The translations under genes and the position numbers were made by a program. From Eledone cirrhosa (Eukaryota): a stretch of DNA of 64,000 nucleotides. The notes under the pieces are model-generated. The model was given only the letters and a program-made list of their open reading frames with translations. It ran no database searches and was not told the DNA's origin. Location: the NCBI GenBank assembly GCA_964016885.1, contig OZ024741.1, forward strand, positions 14,012,001 through 14,076,000, written 5' to 3'. The stretch's first letter is position 1. Each line of letters opens with the position of its first letter. Shown one piece after another: positions 63,578-64,000 of this stretch.

Positions 63578-64000
63578 TTTTTCATGCTCAGAGTTGCTGA
63601 AGCATGGAACAAACTACCTACAACAGTTGTTAGCTGCCGGACACTGCATCCTTTAAAACCTCCATGGAACAAACTACCTACGTCAGTTGTTAGCTGTCGG
63701 GACACTGCATCCTTCAAAACTTCCATGGAGCAAACTACCTGCATCAGTTGTTAGCTGTCGGGACACTGCATCCTTTAAAACCTCCATGGAACAAACTACC
63801 TACATCAGTTGTTAGCTGTCGGGACACTGCATCCTTTAAAACCTCCATGGAACAAACTACCTGCATCAGTTGTTAGCTGTCGAGACACTGCATCCTTTAA
63901 AACCTCCATGGAACAAACTATCTACATCAGTTGTTAACTGTTGAGACACTGCATCCTTTAAAACCTCCATGGAACAAACTACCTGCATCAGTTGTTAACT
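63578..64000 (+). repeat. 61-bp minisatellite (at least 6.5 copies) derived from a CR1-like LINE ORF2 end; runs off the window
   Basis: ATGGA(A/G)C at 63604, 63664, 63725, 63786, 63847, 63908 and 63969. Translates FFMLRVAEAWNKLP..VVSCRDTASFKTSM. Confidence 0.88.

Noticed and set aside
60166-64000. Final INPP5A exon (PVFL... and CAAX end)
   Set aside because: No AG-preceded segment encoding it was found; it is presumably beyond the window.

Overview
Eukaryotic, repeat-rich animal DNA. The SINE, LINE and 5S sequences look like an octopus-type cephalopod; this is inferred, not verified. The only host gene is a + strand INPP5A-type inositol polyphosphate 5-phosphatase, with seven GT-AG coding exons between 27848 and 60165 that splice in frame and carry the FGDFNFRLD, PSWCDRVL and MGDHK motifs. 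The gene's first and last exons lie outside the window. Everything else is intronic: a 40-bp satellite of at least 24.6 kb with higher-order structure, 32-bp and 151-bp satellites, many mini- and microsatellites, tRNA-derived SINEs, RTE, CR1 and CRE LINE fragments, Penelope-like remnants with hammerhead ribozyme motifs and long palindromes, MITEs, and a 5S rRNA copy joined to an RTE tail. The most striking pattern is that many tandem arrays are in-place amplifications of a recognisable module: the Pol III A-box head of two different SINEs (including the giant satellite), a MITE end, a CR1 3' end, and the 3' splice site of an INPP5A exon (22 decoy acceptors). Nearly all long ORFs in the supplied track are repeat artefacts. 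Exon coordinates were checked base by base; transposon boundaries are approximate.
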